Source: a virus
Lineage: Duplodnaviria; Caudoviricetes
Virus record (IMG/VR): IMGVR_UViG_3300043633_000029
Span: 1-43,743 of that record
Length of the DNA stretch: 43,743 bases
Reading direction: 5' to 3' (one strand)
The position numbers and the translations under genes are program-made. This document shows positions 35,284-43,743 of this stretch, piece after piece. Under the pieces are notes generated by a model. It saw only the letters and a list, made by a program, of their open reading frames with translations. It was not told the DNA's origin and ran no database searches. Each line of letters starts with the position of its first letter. Positions within the stretch are counted from its first letter, which is position 1.

Positions 35284-35749
35284 TGTAACTCCTAAACAGT
35301 TTATCAGCCTCTTTGGTCGGGGGCCCCATAGCAACCAGGGCCTCCCTAGCGGTTTCAGCCACGTACCGCATCAGGTTGTTACCCATATCGACCTCCCTCA
35401 GGGAGTACAGGTAACACTCGAACATATCCGCCCAAGCTAGACACTTGCTCTCGACAGGGGTCAGCTGTAGGGGGGTCCCATTGATCATAGCAAACTCCCG
35501 CTCGGCCTCTAGGCTGGTCTGCTTTAGCTTGGGGTACTTCTTCTTGCCGGTATAGGGGATGTCTCCCGTTATCGACTCGGCCAGGTCGTGAGTCAGCGCG
35601 GCCTCGACCAGGTGGAGGTTCCCCGGCATGATTTCGCGGATGATTAGGGCTACCCCCCACGAGTGGGCGGCTAGGTCCTGATCCTTGAGTAGGTTCTGCG
35701 TATGGTACCGTCGCACGGCCCCGGCGTTGTAGAGAGTTTTGAAGTTCAT
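35276..35749 (-). CDS. HD-domain deoxynucleotide phosphohydrolase (YfbR/DatZ-like)
   Basis: RRYHT...Q..A.HSW.VA...ALTHDLAE..TGDIP...K; WAD..E. Confidence 0.85.
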   Translation of the reverse strand: MNFKTLYNAGAVRRYHTQNLLKDQDLAAHSWGVALIIREIMPGNLHLVEAALTHDLAESITGDIPYTGKKKYPKLKQTSLEAEREFAMINGTPLQLTPVESKCLAWADMFECYLYSLREVDMGNNLMRYVAETAREALVAMGPPTKEADKLFRSYNG

Positions 35750-35881
35750 AATTCAGAGTATATACGATTTAGCGGGGGGAGGGGGCCGGTTATAGACCCC
35801 CGGGAACAACGTGAAATAGAGGCGGGCGGGCCGACTAGCGGGGACCCGGTAGGGTACCCCACAAAATTCGGATCGCGCCTC

Positions 35882-36865
35882 CTAGACGGCTTCCTTGGGT
35901 TTATACCGGCGCTCCAACCATTCCTTCGCCGCACGCCGCCAGTCGGTAGCGATACAGTTCTGGACATACTGTTGAGCCCACAGGCTATCCCCCTTCTTAT
36001 GGGCTTCCCACGCCTGCGAGAGGGGGGCTACCACACCGGCGAAGAATGCCGTGCGGAGGTCGTACTTGGGGTCCGTCCAGTAGCGGCAATCCGCGTCGAA
36101 GTCCTGGCGCTCGGTGGGGTCGTTGAACAAGGGGACCGGGAGGACCTTGTGTTGAGAGTACGGGTCCGAGTCACTGTCTGAGACCACCCCTATGTCGAAT
36201 AGGGGCCAGTGGGGCTCGTACACGTGAAGGTTGTTAGTGAACTGGTAGTAGGTCCCCTGTAGAAACCCGGTAGCCCGAGCGATGTACTCGTGGAGGATGG
36301 AGAGGTGGACGGCGTTCGCCCCGCAGGCCCCCCACACCAGGTCGTTGCTTCGGTTACACACCGTCATGTTGAGGAACGGGGCGTTGATGTCGAAGTAGAT
36401 GTGGGTATTACAGGGTAGGTCCTTGCCGGCCCGGTCCAGGTCGCTGTGGGGGTCCCACATACCGATAACCGCACGGCGCGTATCCGGGTCCCGCCTGAGC
36501 ATGGAGATAACCTTCTCAATCTGATCGACCCCGAACCATTGACGCCAGCGGTGGCCGTAGGCCCCGTGAAGGGTCACGCCGTCGTCGCTGTACTCGCGTA
36601 TCTGCGCCGCGTACTTAGCCGGCAGGTGTACCTCGTTGCTCCCCGATAGCATCCAGATCGACTCGAACAGGTGGAAGAACGGGTTGGCGTCCCTCGTCTC
36701 ATCGAACAGGACCCGCTCGGCGGGGTTGGAGTACTCCAACAGGGCAGGGAACGGGAGCACCATTACCTTCCCATTCCTGGAGGGCGACTCGGCCCCCTCC
36801 ATCTGTACTCGCCACATCGCCTCGGGGAACATCTGGTTAATGTTCCTTGCTTGTAAATGCATCAT
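35882..36865 (-). CDS. dUMP hydroxymethylase (thymidylate synthase fold)
   Basis: RDANPFFHLFESIWML, TRRAVI.MWDP, catalytic DLPCN, NRSNDLVWGACGAN (Asn at the dUMP-specificity position), NNLHVY; hypermodification gene context. Confidence 0.85.
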   Translation of the reverse strand: MMHLQARNINQMFPEAMWRVQMEGAESPSRNGKVMVLPFPALLEYSNPAERVLFDETRDANPFFHLFESIWMLSGSNEVHLPAKYAAQIREYSDDGVTLHGAYGHRWRQWFGVDQIEKVISMLRRDPDTRRAVIGMWDPHSDLDRAGKDLPCNTHIYFDINAPFLNMTVCNRSNDLVWGACGANAVHLSILHEYIARATGFLQGTYYQFTNNLHVYEPHWPLFDIGVVSDSDSDPYSQHKVLPVPLFNDPTERQDFDADCRYWTDPKYDLRTAFFAGVVAPLSQAWEAHKKGDSLWAQQYVQNCIATDWRRAAKEWLERRYKPKEAV

Positions 36866-37692
36866 GATGGTTCCTTAAATTGGGTCTTAGCCCTGCCTTT
36901 GAAATACTTGATACGGACGTACTTGCTGAACTCGCACAGGCAGTTCTGGGTGTCGTGAGCGGTCAGGTCGTAGCCGGTGTTGTACGCTATCATGGGTCGT
37001 AGTTCGTTCACCTCCTTGGAGAATTGAGTAGCGTTGATGGAGGCGGTGGGGAGCCTCTCGTGTAGGTAGTTGAGGCCCCGTGACGAGCCGGGGCCCGGGG
37101 CGCAGAATGTCCACCAGTCGTCGGCGTATTCGAGCAGGGGAGTATACTTGAGGTCGGCTATGACCTGGGCGGCTAGGAATGTCCCCAGCCCCCGGGCCGT
37201 CCGAATGATCTCGTAGGCCTGCCCTAGAGGCATGCTCTTCTTGATCGTCTTACACCAAATGTACGCATCGTCCAGGACCCGGGCGATGATCGTTTGCTTG
37301 GTCTCCCCGCCCTTGGAGAACCCTCCGGTGACCATGTACGCCCCCGTCCAGGCCTTGGTCCCGGCTTGGTTTAGGGAGTCCATCACATACATGAATCGGT
37401 CCCGATCCCATACCTCGGGGAAGCCCAGTTTCCCCAAGGTATCTGTCCAGTTGACGGTACGGGCGAGGCACATAGAGAAGGCCAGGTTCTCGTGGTGTCG
37501 GTAGGGGTCCCGCCAGTTCTCCTTGATCCACCGGGTGACCTTGTCGTCCTCCCGGCGGATGTTACAGAACCTCGTGGACCGAATGATAGGGTCGGTAGTC
37601 CACGGCGGGGGGCGGCGCTCCTCCTCCCGCCTTATCCGCACCCTTTCCCTCTCCTGTATCCAGTGATACAGGACATCCTCGTAGGGCATCAT
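36862..37692 (-). CDS. aGPT-Pplase clade 1 (helical DNA-glycosylase-fold thymidine hypermodification protein)
   Basis: ERE.VR..R...PPWT.DPI....RFCNIRREDDKVTRWI, TGAYMV, G.FLAAQVIADLKY, PGPGS.RGL, QNCLCEFSKY. Confidence 0.85.
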   Translation of the reverse strand: MMPYEDVLYHWIQERERVRIRREEERRPPPWTTDPIIRSTRFCNIRREDDKVTRWIKENWRDPYRHHENLAFSMCLARTVNWTDTLGKLGFPEVWDRDRFMYVMDSLNQAGTKAWTGAYMVTGGFSKGGETKQTIIARVLDDAYIWCKTIKKSMPLGQAYEIIRTARGLGTFLAAQVIADLKYTPLLEYADDWWTFCAPGPGSSRGLNYLHERLPTASINATQFSKEVNELRPMIAYNTGYDLTAHDTQNCLCEFSKYVRIKYFKGRAKTQFKEPS

Positions 37693-37802
37693 TTGAGGTC
37701 TTTCTTCATCCCCTTGACGAACAGGTAGGCTACCGTGATGATCGTAGCGCAGGGGATGCCCACTACGATGGTAAGGGCGACGAGGAGTTCATTGGTGGTC
37801 AT
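37689..37802 (-). CDS. Small single-TM peptide (37 aa, MTTNELLVALTIVVGIP...)
   Basis: ATGA overlaps at both ends; hydrophobic core and basic tail. Confidence 0.55.
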   Translation of the reverse strand: MTTNELLVALTIVVGIPCATIITVAYLFVKGMKKDLK

Positions 37803-38023
37803 AGTTCGTATTCCCATTTGAGCGCATCCTCAAGGGATAGCGCGGTTACAATTCCTTCCTTGGGGAAGGGCTTGATCCAGAAGGTGAGATTGTTCTTCTT
37901 GCGCCAGCCCTTCGACCAGCCAGACTTAACCAACTCCTCTTCCATCACTTTCTCCAGTTCCAACTGGGCGGCCCGGATACGGTTGTACCCTGCGCCGGAC
38001 ATAGGGGTGGAGCCGATAGTCAT
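37799..38023 (-). CDS. Hypothetical protein (74 aa, MTIGSTPMSG...)
   Basis: ATGA overlap with the kinase stop. Confidence 0.55.
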   Translation of the reverse strand: MTIGSTPMSGAGYNRIRAAQLELEKVMEEELVKSGWSKGWRKKNNLTFWIKPFPKEGIVTALSLEDALKWEYEL

Positions 38024-38592
38024 CGGGGTTCCAAAAGCTGTAGGAGCTGGGACAGGGGCAGCTCCGTGTAGTTGAGGATAGCTACCTTGTGCTCCCCCTC
38101 CGACAGCAGCTTGTTGTGGAGTCTCTTGATCGTGTCCCATTTGTTCCTCGTCAGTTGTGGGTTGAACTTGTTCTTGCTCTCGTTGGTAGCACGGCGCTCC
38201 ACCACTCGGTCGAGGCAGACGTTGATCGGGGTATCCAAGAAGGCATATATGTAGTCGCCCCCATACTTCTTGGAGTGCTCCCCCATCGCCCCGTAGTAGG
38301 TGCTCTGGAGGAGGCCCTCATGTACTACGTGGCCCTCCGCCGCATAGCGGTCAATCATCTCCATGACCTCCTGGGCGGTGCCGACCGTATCGACTCCCCC
38401 ACAGGTGTTCTCGTAGCTCCCCAGGAGGAAGACAGGGTTGTCTAGCTCCAGCAAGTCGAGGCGGTAGCCCACGGTCTTGCGCTTGTTGTTGATCTCGTGT
38501 AGATGATCAATGGTCGCGGCGGCTTCGATCAGGGAACGGGCGAAGGTGGTTTTACCCGCCCCCGAGCAGCCGTGTATCTTCAGTATAGTCAT
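38020..38592 (-). CDS. P-loop kinase, 5-hydroxymethyluracil DNA kinase-like
   Basis: IHGCSGAGKTT Walker A; LGSYENTCGGVDT; EGLL.S; FLDTP..VC..RV..RR; adjacent to aGPT-Pplase and dUMP hydroxymethylase genes. Confidence 0.8.
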   Translation of the reverse strand: MTILKIHGCSGAGKTTFARSLIEAAATIDHLHEINNKRKTVGYRLDLLELDNPVFLLGSYENTCGGVDTVGTAQEVMEMIDRYAAEGHVVHEGLLQSTYYGAMGEHSKKYGGDYIYAFLDTPINVCLDRVVERRATNESKNKFNPQLTRNKWDTIKRLHNKLLSEGEHKVAILNYTELPLSQLLQLLEPR

Positions 38593-39957
38593 TTAAGCCC
38601 TCCTGGCTTTAAGTGCGTCGTTAAATCGGGTTTGTGTCCGGTCTTTGGCCTCTAGGGCCTTCATTACATCTTCGTCCTTGGTGTCCTTAGTACCAATGTG
38701 ATGGACCATTACAAAGGGCGCGATCTGACCTTGACGCCAGACGCGGGCGATGAGCTGCTGGTAGTGCTCTAGGTTCCACGTGATGCCGAACCAGCAGACG
38801 GTAGAGCAAGCCTCCTGGAGGTTCAGGCCGTGCCCCGCGCTAGCCGGGTGGGCTAGGAGTACCGGGATATGGCCGTTGTTGAACTTGTCGATGACTATCT
38901 GGGGATTCTTGACCTTCCCCAGGTCAATGGCCTCGGGGAGCCTCTTGAGTATCCGGTCGGCGTCGGCCTGAAACTCGTAAGCGACCAAGAGGGGTCGGCC
39001 TTGCATTTCCTCGATCAACTCCTCCAGGGCGTCAATCTTCTCGTCGTGTAGGTCTATCGTCCTGCGGTCTGTCTCGATGTCCGTGTAGATAAACCCGTTA
39101 GCCATCTGGCGGAGCTTCACCCCCACTGCGGCCGCATTAAACACCGCGACCGACTCGTTGTCGTTCATCTTGGTGACGAAGTTGTCCTCCAACTCCTTGT
39201 ACTGCTTACGCAGATGCGGGGGAAGCTCGACCCCTATGAAGTTGTTGATGAGCTCGGGCATATCCAGATGGTCGCGGGCGTCCATACGCAGGAGCTTGTC
39301 GGCTACCCGCTTATAGATGATCTCCTCGGCCCCCCGGTTAAGGTGGTACTCGTACAGGTTCCCCGGGGCCTGATGCATGAACTCGTTACGGAAGTGGGTA
39401 ATGTACTTCCCCAGCGACTCCCCGAAGTCCACGACGAACATCTGTCCAAAGAGGTCGGCTACCCCGTTAGGCACAGGCGTACCCGTTAGGATCATACGGC
39501 GCTTAAAGCCGAACAGGACCTTCTTGAGCGCCTTAAAGCGCTGAGTCGTAGTGTCCTTGAACTTCGTACTCTCGTCCAATACAAGCAGGTCAAAGTCCCG
39601 GGTGAGGAGCGGAAGGACCTTAACCAGGCTCTCCGGGTTAATGAGGTAGACATCGTTGGGGGCCGCTATCATGGCCTTACGCTCGGCCTCGGGCTTGTTA
39701 CAGAGATTGGCTACCTTCAGGTGATTGAAGTCGGCCCACTTCTTGGCTTCGTTGGGCCAGACGGTGTGGCAGACCCGGAGGGGGGCGACCACAAGTGTCT
39801 TCCTGATTTCCTTCTCGGCCACTAGGATCGAGATACAGGCGAGAGTGATAGATGTCTTCCCCAGGCCGGGGTCGAGCATAAGCCCGCAGCCCGCCCGCGC
39901 TAGGGCGAACCCAATGGCCTTCTCTTGGTAGTCCTTCGGCATCCAATCACGCGACAT
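38593..39957 (-). CDS. SNF2-like SF2 helicase
   Basis: DPGLGKT, LVLDES, LTGTP, HPASAGHGLNLQ, Q..ARVWRQGQ. Confidence 0.9.
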   Translation of the reverse strand: MSRDWMPKDYQEKAIGFALARAGCGLMLDPGLGKTSITLACISILVAEKEIRKTLVVAPLRVCHTVWPNEAKKWADFNHLKVANLCNKPEAERKAMIAAPNDVYLINPESLVKVLPLLTRDFDLLVLDESTKFKDTTTQRFKALKKVLFGFKRRMILTGTPVPNGVADLFGQMFVVDFGESLGKYITHFRNEFMHQAPGNLYEYHLNRGAEEIIYKRVADKLLRMDARDHLDMPELINNFIGVELPPHLRKQYKELEDNFVTKMNDNESVAVFNAAAVGVKLRQMANGFIYTDIETDRRTIDLHDEKIDALEELIEEMQGRPLLVAYEFQADADRILKRLPEAIDLGKVKNPQIVIDKFNNGHIPVLLAHPASAGHGLNLQEACSTVCWFGITWNLEHYQQLIARVWRQGQIAPFVMVHHIGTKDTKDEDVMKALEAKDRTQTRFNDALKARRA

Positions 39958-40768
39958 GGCGATACTCCCCGCGAATGTAGAGGCCCTCAGGTATCCGGGC
40001 CGGTATATGTTCAGTGATGTTAGAGGGCAGGTCCCCCAGGAGGTCCCAAGCGTCGGCTATGTCCTCTCCGATCCAGTGGGCCTTGGTCTTGAGGTAGCCC
40101 TTGAGAGTACAAATGACCGTTTCGACCTCGCCCAGCCCACACTTCTCCCCGACCTTGACCGGGTGGTCGAACTGGGATACGTGTTCGAGGACGATCCTGA
40201 TGGTATCCCGTAGGTCCCAGAAGGGGAAGAAGTCAGCCGCCGCCTGCTTAGGCACATCAGGCATGTACTTGATCGCGTCCTCGATAGACATAGTCACCGG
40301 CCAGTCGAGGCAGATGTCGTACCAATCCATCAGCTTCCAGATATAGTAGGGGCCCAGCTGGCACCCCTCGTACTTGTTGCGGATATGCTTCACCATGTTG
40401 GGGTAGTGCTCCTTGTGCATATCGGCTACGATCTGGGCCGGGGTCAGGCCCTTACCGGACATCAGCTCGATAGCCTTGCTAGCCACGGCCCCCCGGAAGT
40501 GCCTGCGGGCCCCCCGGCGCTTAACCAGGTCTGCGGCCCCGTCACGGCGGCAACGGTCCCAGAATGTACGGTCGCCCGTTTCGCAGGCCGCCTTGTAGGC
40601 GTCCCGGAGGTTATAGAACCACATGTAGTGGAGGATGAATCGACCGTTCCACTCGCTGTCGTGGAGGTCAAACAGGGCGCGGAGGACAGGATAGGTCGGG
40701 TCCAAGTCCTTGGTCTCTATCATGATGCGGGAGAAGTCTCTCCAGTTGTCAACTACTATCGGGTTCAT
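39947..40768 (-). CDS. Amino acid:DNA transferase-like protein (aGPT-Pplase clade 2)
   Basis: T.DLDP.Y..L, W..RF...Y.WFY, RG.RRHFRG, GPY..WKL.D, EVETVIC, H.IG.DI. Confidence 0.75.
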   Translation of the reverse strand: MNPIVVDNWRDFSRIMIETKDLDPTYPVLRALFDLHDSEWNGRFILHYMWFYNLRDAYKAACETGDRTFWDRCRRDGAADLVKRRGARRHFRGAVASKAIELMSGKGLTPAQIVADMHKEHYPNMVKHIRNKYEGCQLGPYYIWKLMDWYDICLDWPVTMSIEDAIKYMPDVPKQAAADFFPFWDLRDTIRIVLEHVSQFDHPVKVGEKCGLGEVETVICTLKGYLKTKAHWIGEDIADAWDLLGDLPSNITEHIPARIPEGLYIRGEYRHVA

Positions 40769-41033
40769 CTACTAGCTTCCTTATGACCTTGCGGCCGTCA
40801 ATTAGGTTATCCACTACTACCACTTCAAACCCCTGCTTTCGGATCAGGCCCACTACATACTCCTGTAGTGGCCTGAGCTTTTCGCCCGGGTACTTGAACT
40901 CTATGAAGAGGACCTTGCCCTTATACAAGAACAGGTAATCAGGCCAGCCCTCTCCGAAACTCAGCTTGCGAGCGATAACTTCTCGGTGGCGGGCGAACTC
41001 CACCACCTTTCGCTGAATCTGACTCTCCAGAAT
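40749..41033 (-). CDS. VRR-NUC nuclease (probable non-canonical start)
   Basis: LESQIQ.KV...GWPDYL......FIEFK.PG.KLRPLQ; the conserved N-terminus lies upstream of the first GTG (41006). Confidence 0.8.
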   Translation of the reverse strand: MLESQIQRKVVEFARHREVIARKLSFGEGWPDYLFLYKGKVLFIEFKYPGEKLRPLQEYVVGLIRKQGFEVVVVDNLIDGRKVIRKLVDEPDSS

Positions 41034-41063
41034 ATTATACCTCTTTTTGGTTAGGCCGGGGGG

Positions 41064-41732
41064 CTATTTGGAAGCAGCGGCTTCGCAAGGTCCCCCGTTG
41101 TACTTTGAATAAGTACAGCGTTTGCAGTGGTCTCCAGGAGTTGGATCAAGTCTTGTATCGCGTTCCATTCGGACAATGTCCCCGTCCCACCGCTTACGGC
41201 TGTGCTCCAGCATTTCACGGAGCATGGAATCGGTTGCGCCGGTAATACCGCTATCAATGTAGATAGCGCCTGTCTCAACCCGTCTTGCGTCTGGGTATTG
41301 GATAAGTCCGAGGACACCGTAAAGATTAAGTTGATCGTAATGGGAAGGATATTGTCGTCCAGATTTGTAGTCATAGCAGTATAGGACATTGTCCCTGTAG
41401 TAGTGAACGTCAACGATAGCCTTGACCCGGGCCTTAGACTGGTCCTTAGTCGGCTCCCAATTCTCGTCCACCAACCACACTACCTCGGGGGTCGCCCCCA
41501 GGGTACGGAAGTGGTGGAGCTTCAACCCTATCTTCTTCACATCGTAGGGGACCGGGCTGATCCCGGAGGGGTCGGCCATGTAGTCCTCGCAGAGCTTGTG
41601 AAGGCGGGTCCCCCTCATCATGGGTGCGCTCGGGGGCGACGGCAGCTTGAGGACATAGCTATAGTAATACTCCCGAGGGCACTCCTTGTAGGTCGATATG
41701 GACGAGTAAGAGTGTCTAGTAGGCCGGTTCAA
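41064..41732 (-). CDS. PD-(D/E)XK exonuclease, Cas4/AddB-like with Fe-S Cys staple
   Basis: HSYSSISTYKECP, RGT.LH, IVD...DYKSG, QL.LY, C..C......PC; TTG 41732 after GGAG. Confidence 0.85.
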   Translation of the reverse strand: MNRPTRHSYSSISTYKECPREYYYSYVLKLPSPPSAPMMRGTRLHKLCEDYMADPSGISPVPYDVKKIGLKLHHFRTLGATPEVVWLVDENWEPTKDQSKARVKAIVDVHYYRDNVLYCYDYKSGRQYPSHYDQLNLYGVLGLIQYPDARRVETGAIYIDSGITGATDSMLREMLEHSRKRWDGDIVRMERDTRLDPTPGDHCKRCTYSKYNGGPCEAAASK

Positions 41733-43518
41733 GGTACTTCTCCAGGTTATGCCAATCTTCCCCAAACTTCACTTCCGAGCGGAACGGTACATCCCAGCCC
41801 GGCTGATCCTCCATCGCGGCGCGGAGGATAGTGACCTCTGTCTTGAGATGCTCGCGGGGAACCGTTATCACCAACTCGTCGTGGACGGTCATCAGGATGT
41901 TTCCGTGATGCTTAAACTCGTCGTACCGCACGATGGCTTCCTTGGTCTGATCCGCCGCGCTACCTTGAATGAGATAGTTACATAGCTTGTAGTTAAACGT
42001 CCACCAGGACCCCTTGAACAGCTTCGGCTCTTCCACCGGGAGCACACGACCGCCCCAGGTCTTGACCTGGGTACGGGTATCGAACTGATCAACGAACGCT
42101 TGGAGACCGGGGATCGCCTTGAAGTAGGCTTTCTTGATTTGAGCTGCCGTGTTATAGTCTACCCCCAGTTGTTGAGCCAGCTTCGTAACGCCCGACCCAT
42201 AGAGCAGAGAGAAGCCCACAATCTTACACATCTTCCGGGGGACCTGTAGCCCGGTATACTGTAGGATAAGGGCTGAGGCGACTGCGTGGAAGTCGGCGGT
42301 AGGGTCGGTTTGGTAAATCTCCATGGCCCGCCCCTCGGCATAGTGAGCCATGATACGCATTTCCTGCCCGTTGTAGTCAGCAGGCACAATGATCTCCCCT
42401 TCATCGGGGAGGATGTACTGCCGCATAAACGGTATGTCGAGCCCCTCAAGTACGCTATCGTCAAATTCCGTCGGCACGTTCTGGAAATTGGGTTCACTAC
42501 AGCTAAACCTGCCGGTGCGCGCGCCGCCCTTATCCGAGCGTACTTGGTTCCATGAGGGGTGAACATTGCCGTCCCTTCCGCTAAAGTTGATCCAGTTCTT
42601 GTAGAAGTTTGAGGTCAGGGTATGGAGGGTCCCCCGGTACCTCAGGGCCTTAAGCAGCCCCGGCTCGGTCACCGCCTCCTCAAGGGAGTCCTTGGCTGTG
42701 GATAGCAGCCCCGTAGGGGTTTTCCTGAGGGGTTTGGCGTAGGGGCTAGCCTCCAGGGCGGCGGCGATCTGACGAGGCTTAGAGACATCTATATCTCCCA
42801 GGTAGCCCCGTATCACATCCTCCTGGGCCGTCTGTATCTTCTGGTACTTGTCGAAGTCCCGCTCCAGGGCCTCCCGATTCACCTTGACCCCCACGAACTC
42901 CATTTGGTAGGCTATCTTGGCTATCTTGAGCTCCCGCTCGTAGGCGGGCATCTGCCCCGATACCTCCAACTGGGGCCGCAGAAGCTCAGAGAGTCCGTGG
43001 GTACGGAATGTGTCCCCCTCCGCATAGGGGGCAACTATCTCGTAGGGGGCATAGCTGATGTAGGCCCCGAAGTTGGACTCGGTTACCTCCTTGTCCCCGT
43101 TGACGAAGGGCCCTTTGAAGTGGGATTTGAGCCACTTATAGACCGCCTGCTGTTCGTCTGGGGGGAGGCCCAGCAGCCGTTCCGCTGAGGGCTTAAGAGA
43201 CAACTTATCCGCTAGGGGATGCATCAGGAAGAGCATGAACATCGTGTCGTCGTAGCGATCCGGCCAGGGGAGGCCCATATGCTCTACCGAGACACCGATG
43301 TCGAACTTGCAGTTATGGAATAACGGCTTGTGATCCCAGACGGCAGACAGGGCCTTGCGGCCCTGTTCATAAGTGTGGGGGTTATAGCCGGGGTGGCCCC
43401 AGCTATAATAGGTGTTTCCCTGCCCCGGTAGGTATATTGATACACCTACCGGGGCGGGGGCGAGCCCAGAGCCGAAAATGATCGGCTTGGTCTCAAAGTC
43501 AACGACCGGCTGCGCCAT
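41716..43518 (-). CDS. polA: DNA polymerase family A with 3'-5' exonuclease
   Basis: DFET ExoI, HNCKFD ExoII, RTGRFS...PNFQN, motif A DYNGQEMRIMAH, motif B RKMCKIVGFSLLYG, IQGSAAD, motif C VHDEL. Confidence 0.95.
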   Translation of the reverse strand: MAQPVVDFETKPIIFGSGLAPAPVGVSIYLPGQGNTYYSWGHPGYNPHTYEQGRKALSAVWDHKPLFHNCKFDIGVSVEHMGLPWPDRYDDTMFMLFLMHPLADKLSLKPSAERLLGLPPDEQQAVYKWLKSHFKGPFVNGDKEVTESNFGAYISYAPYEIVAPYAEGDTFRTHGLSELLRPQLEVSGQMPAYERELKIAKIAYQMEFVGVKVNREALERDFDKYQKIQTAQEDVIRGYLGDIDVSKPRQIAAALEASPYAKPLRKTPTGLLSTAKDSLEEAVTEPGLLKALRYRGTLHTLTSNFYKNWINFSGRDGNVHPSWNQVRSDKGGARTGRFSCSEPNFQNVPTEFDDSVLEGLDIPFMRQYILPDEGEIIVPADYNGQEMRIMAHYAEGRAMEIYQTDPTADFHAVASALILQYTGLQVPRKMCKIVGFSLLYGSGVTKLAQQLGVDYNTAAQIKKAYFKAIPGLQAFVDQFDTRTQVKTWGGRVLPVEEPKLFKGSWWTFNYKLCNYLIQGSAADQTKEAIVRYDEFKHHGNILMTVHDELVITVPREHLKTEVTILRAAMEDQPGWDVPFRSEVKFGEDWHNLEKYLEPAY

Positions 43519-43732
43519 TCGGCTCGGCCTTACGCATGGTCTCCATCACGGCGATCATCTTCTTGGTGACCGCCGCTTGCTTCGCCCGGTTCTCCAAGAA
43601 CTCCAGGCCGTCCTCCTTGATGTGATCCTCGTTGATGAGGTCGATCAGGTCGGCCGTCAGATTGAGGAGTCGCTTGAGGAACTCGCACTTGTCGTTCAGT
43701 TCGTTGCCTTGGTCCAGGAGGATCTTTCGCAT
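43499..43732 (-). CDS. Hypothetical protein (77 aa)
   Basis: AGGAG RBS at the window end; overlaps the polA start. Confidence 0.65.
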   Translation of the reverse strand: MRKILLDQGNELNDKCEFLKRLLNLTADLIDLINEDHIKEDGLEFLENRAKQAAVTKKMIAVMETMRKAEPNGAAGR

Positions 43733-43743
43733 CTTCTCCTGGT

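Noticed and set aside
35276-35749. Z-genome (2-aminoadenine) system suggested by the DatZ-like HD protein
   Set aside because: No purZ or mazZ homologue; the context is 5hmdU biosynthesis.
41051-41413. 120-aa same-strand alternative-frame ORF overlapping the exonuclease
   Set aside because: T/S/L-rich composition typical of a shifted frame; no RBS or motif.
1-43743. Integrase, repressor, tRNA genes, introns/inteins, DGR reverse transcriptase
   Set aside because: No such motifs seen. PolA, terL and helicase are of uninterrupted normal length. Lifestyle appears lytic, though divergent versions cannot be excluded by eye.

Overview
The window looks like a complete, circularly permuted 43.7-kb GC-rich tailed-phage genome with podovirus-like organisation. 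The two ends join seamlessly: a stop codon is split across the junction and is followed by the RBS of the next gene. The + strand (9.7-33.0 kb) carries terS, terL, portal, scaffold, major capsid, adaptor, nozzle, ejection proteins and fibres. The - strand carries early genes, PolA, a Cas4-like exonuclease, VRR-NUC, an SNF2 helicase and a thymidine-hypermodification cluster: dUMP hydroxymethylase, P-loop 5hmU-DNA kinase, two aGPT-Pplase/amino acid:DNA transferase-like proteins and an HD nucleotidase. The cluster has none of the usual tailoring enzymes. The primase-helicase alone is inverted. The most unusual items are: (i) an operon of Sec-signal proteins (Gly/Ser/Ala/Thr-rich putative major subunit, internal terminator, Cys-pair partner) with an embedded Acb2-like gene; (ii) a PP-loop/Fe-S APS-reductase-fold enzyme lacking the reductase catalytic motif, inserted among ejection genes; (iii) no recognisable endolysin, holin or spanin; (iv) a non-canonical promoter motif, likely leaderless genes and a 1.2-kb symmetric non-coding region. 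All assignments come from motif recognition by eye, not database searches.
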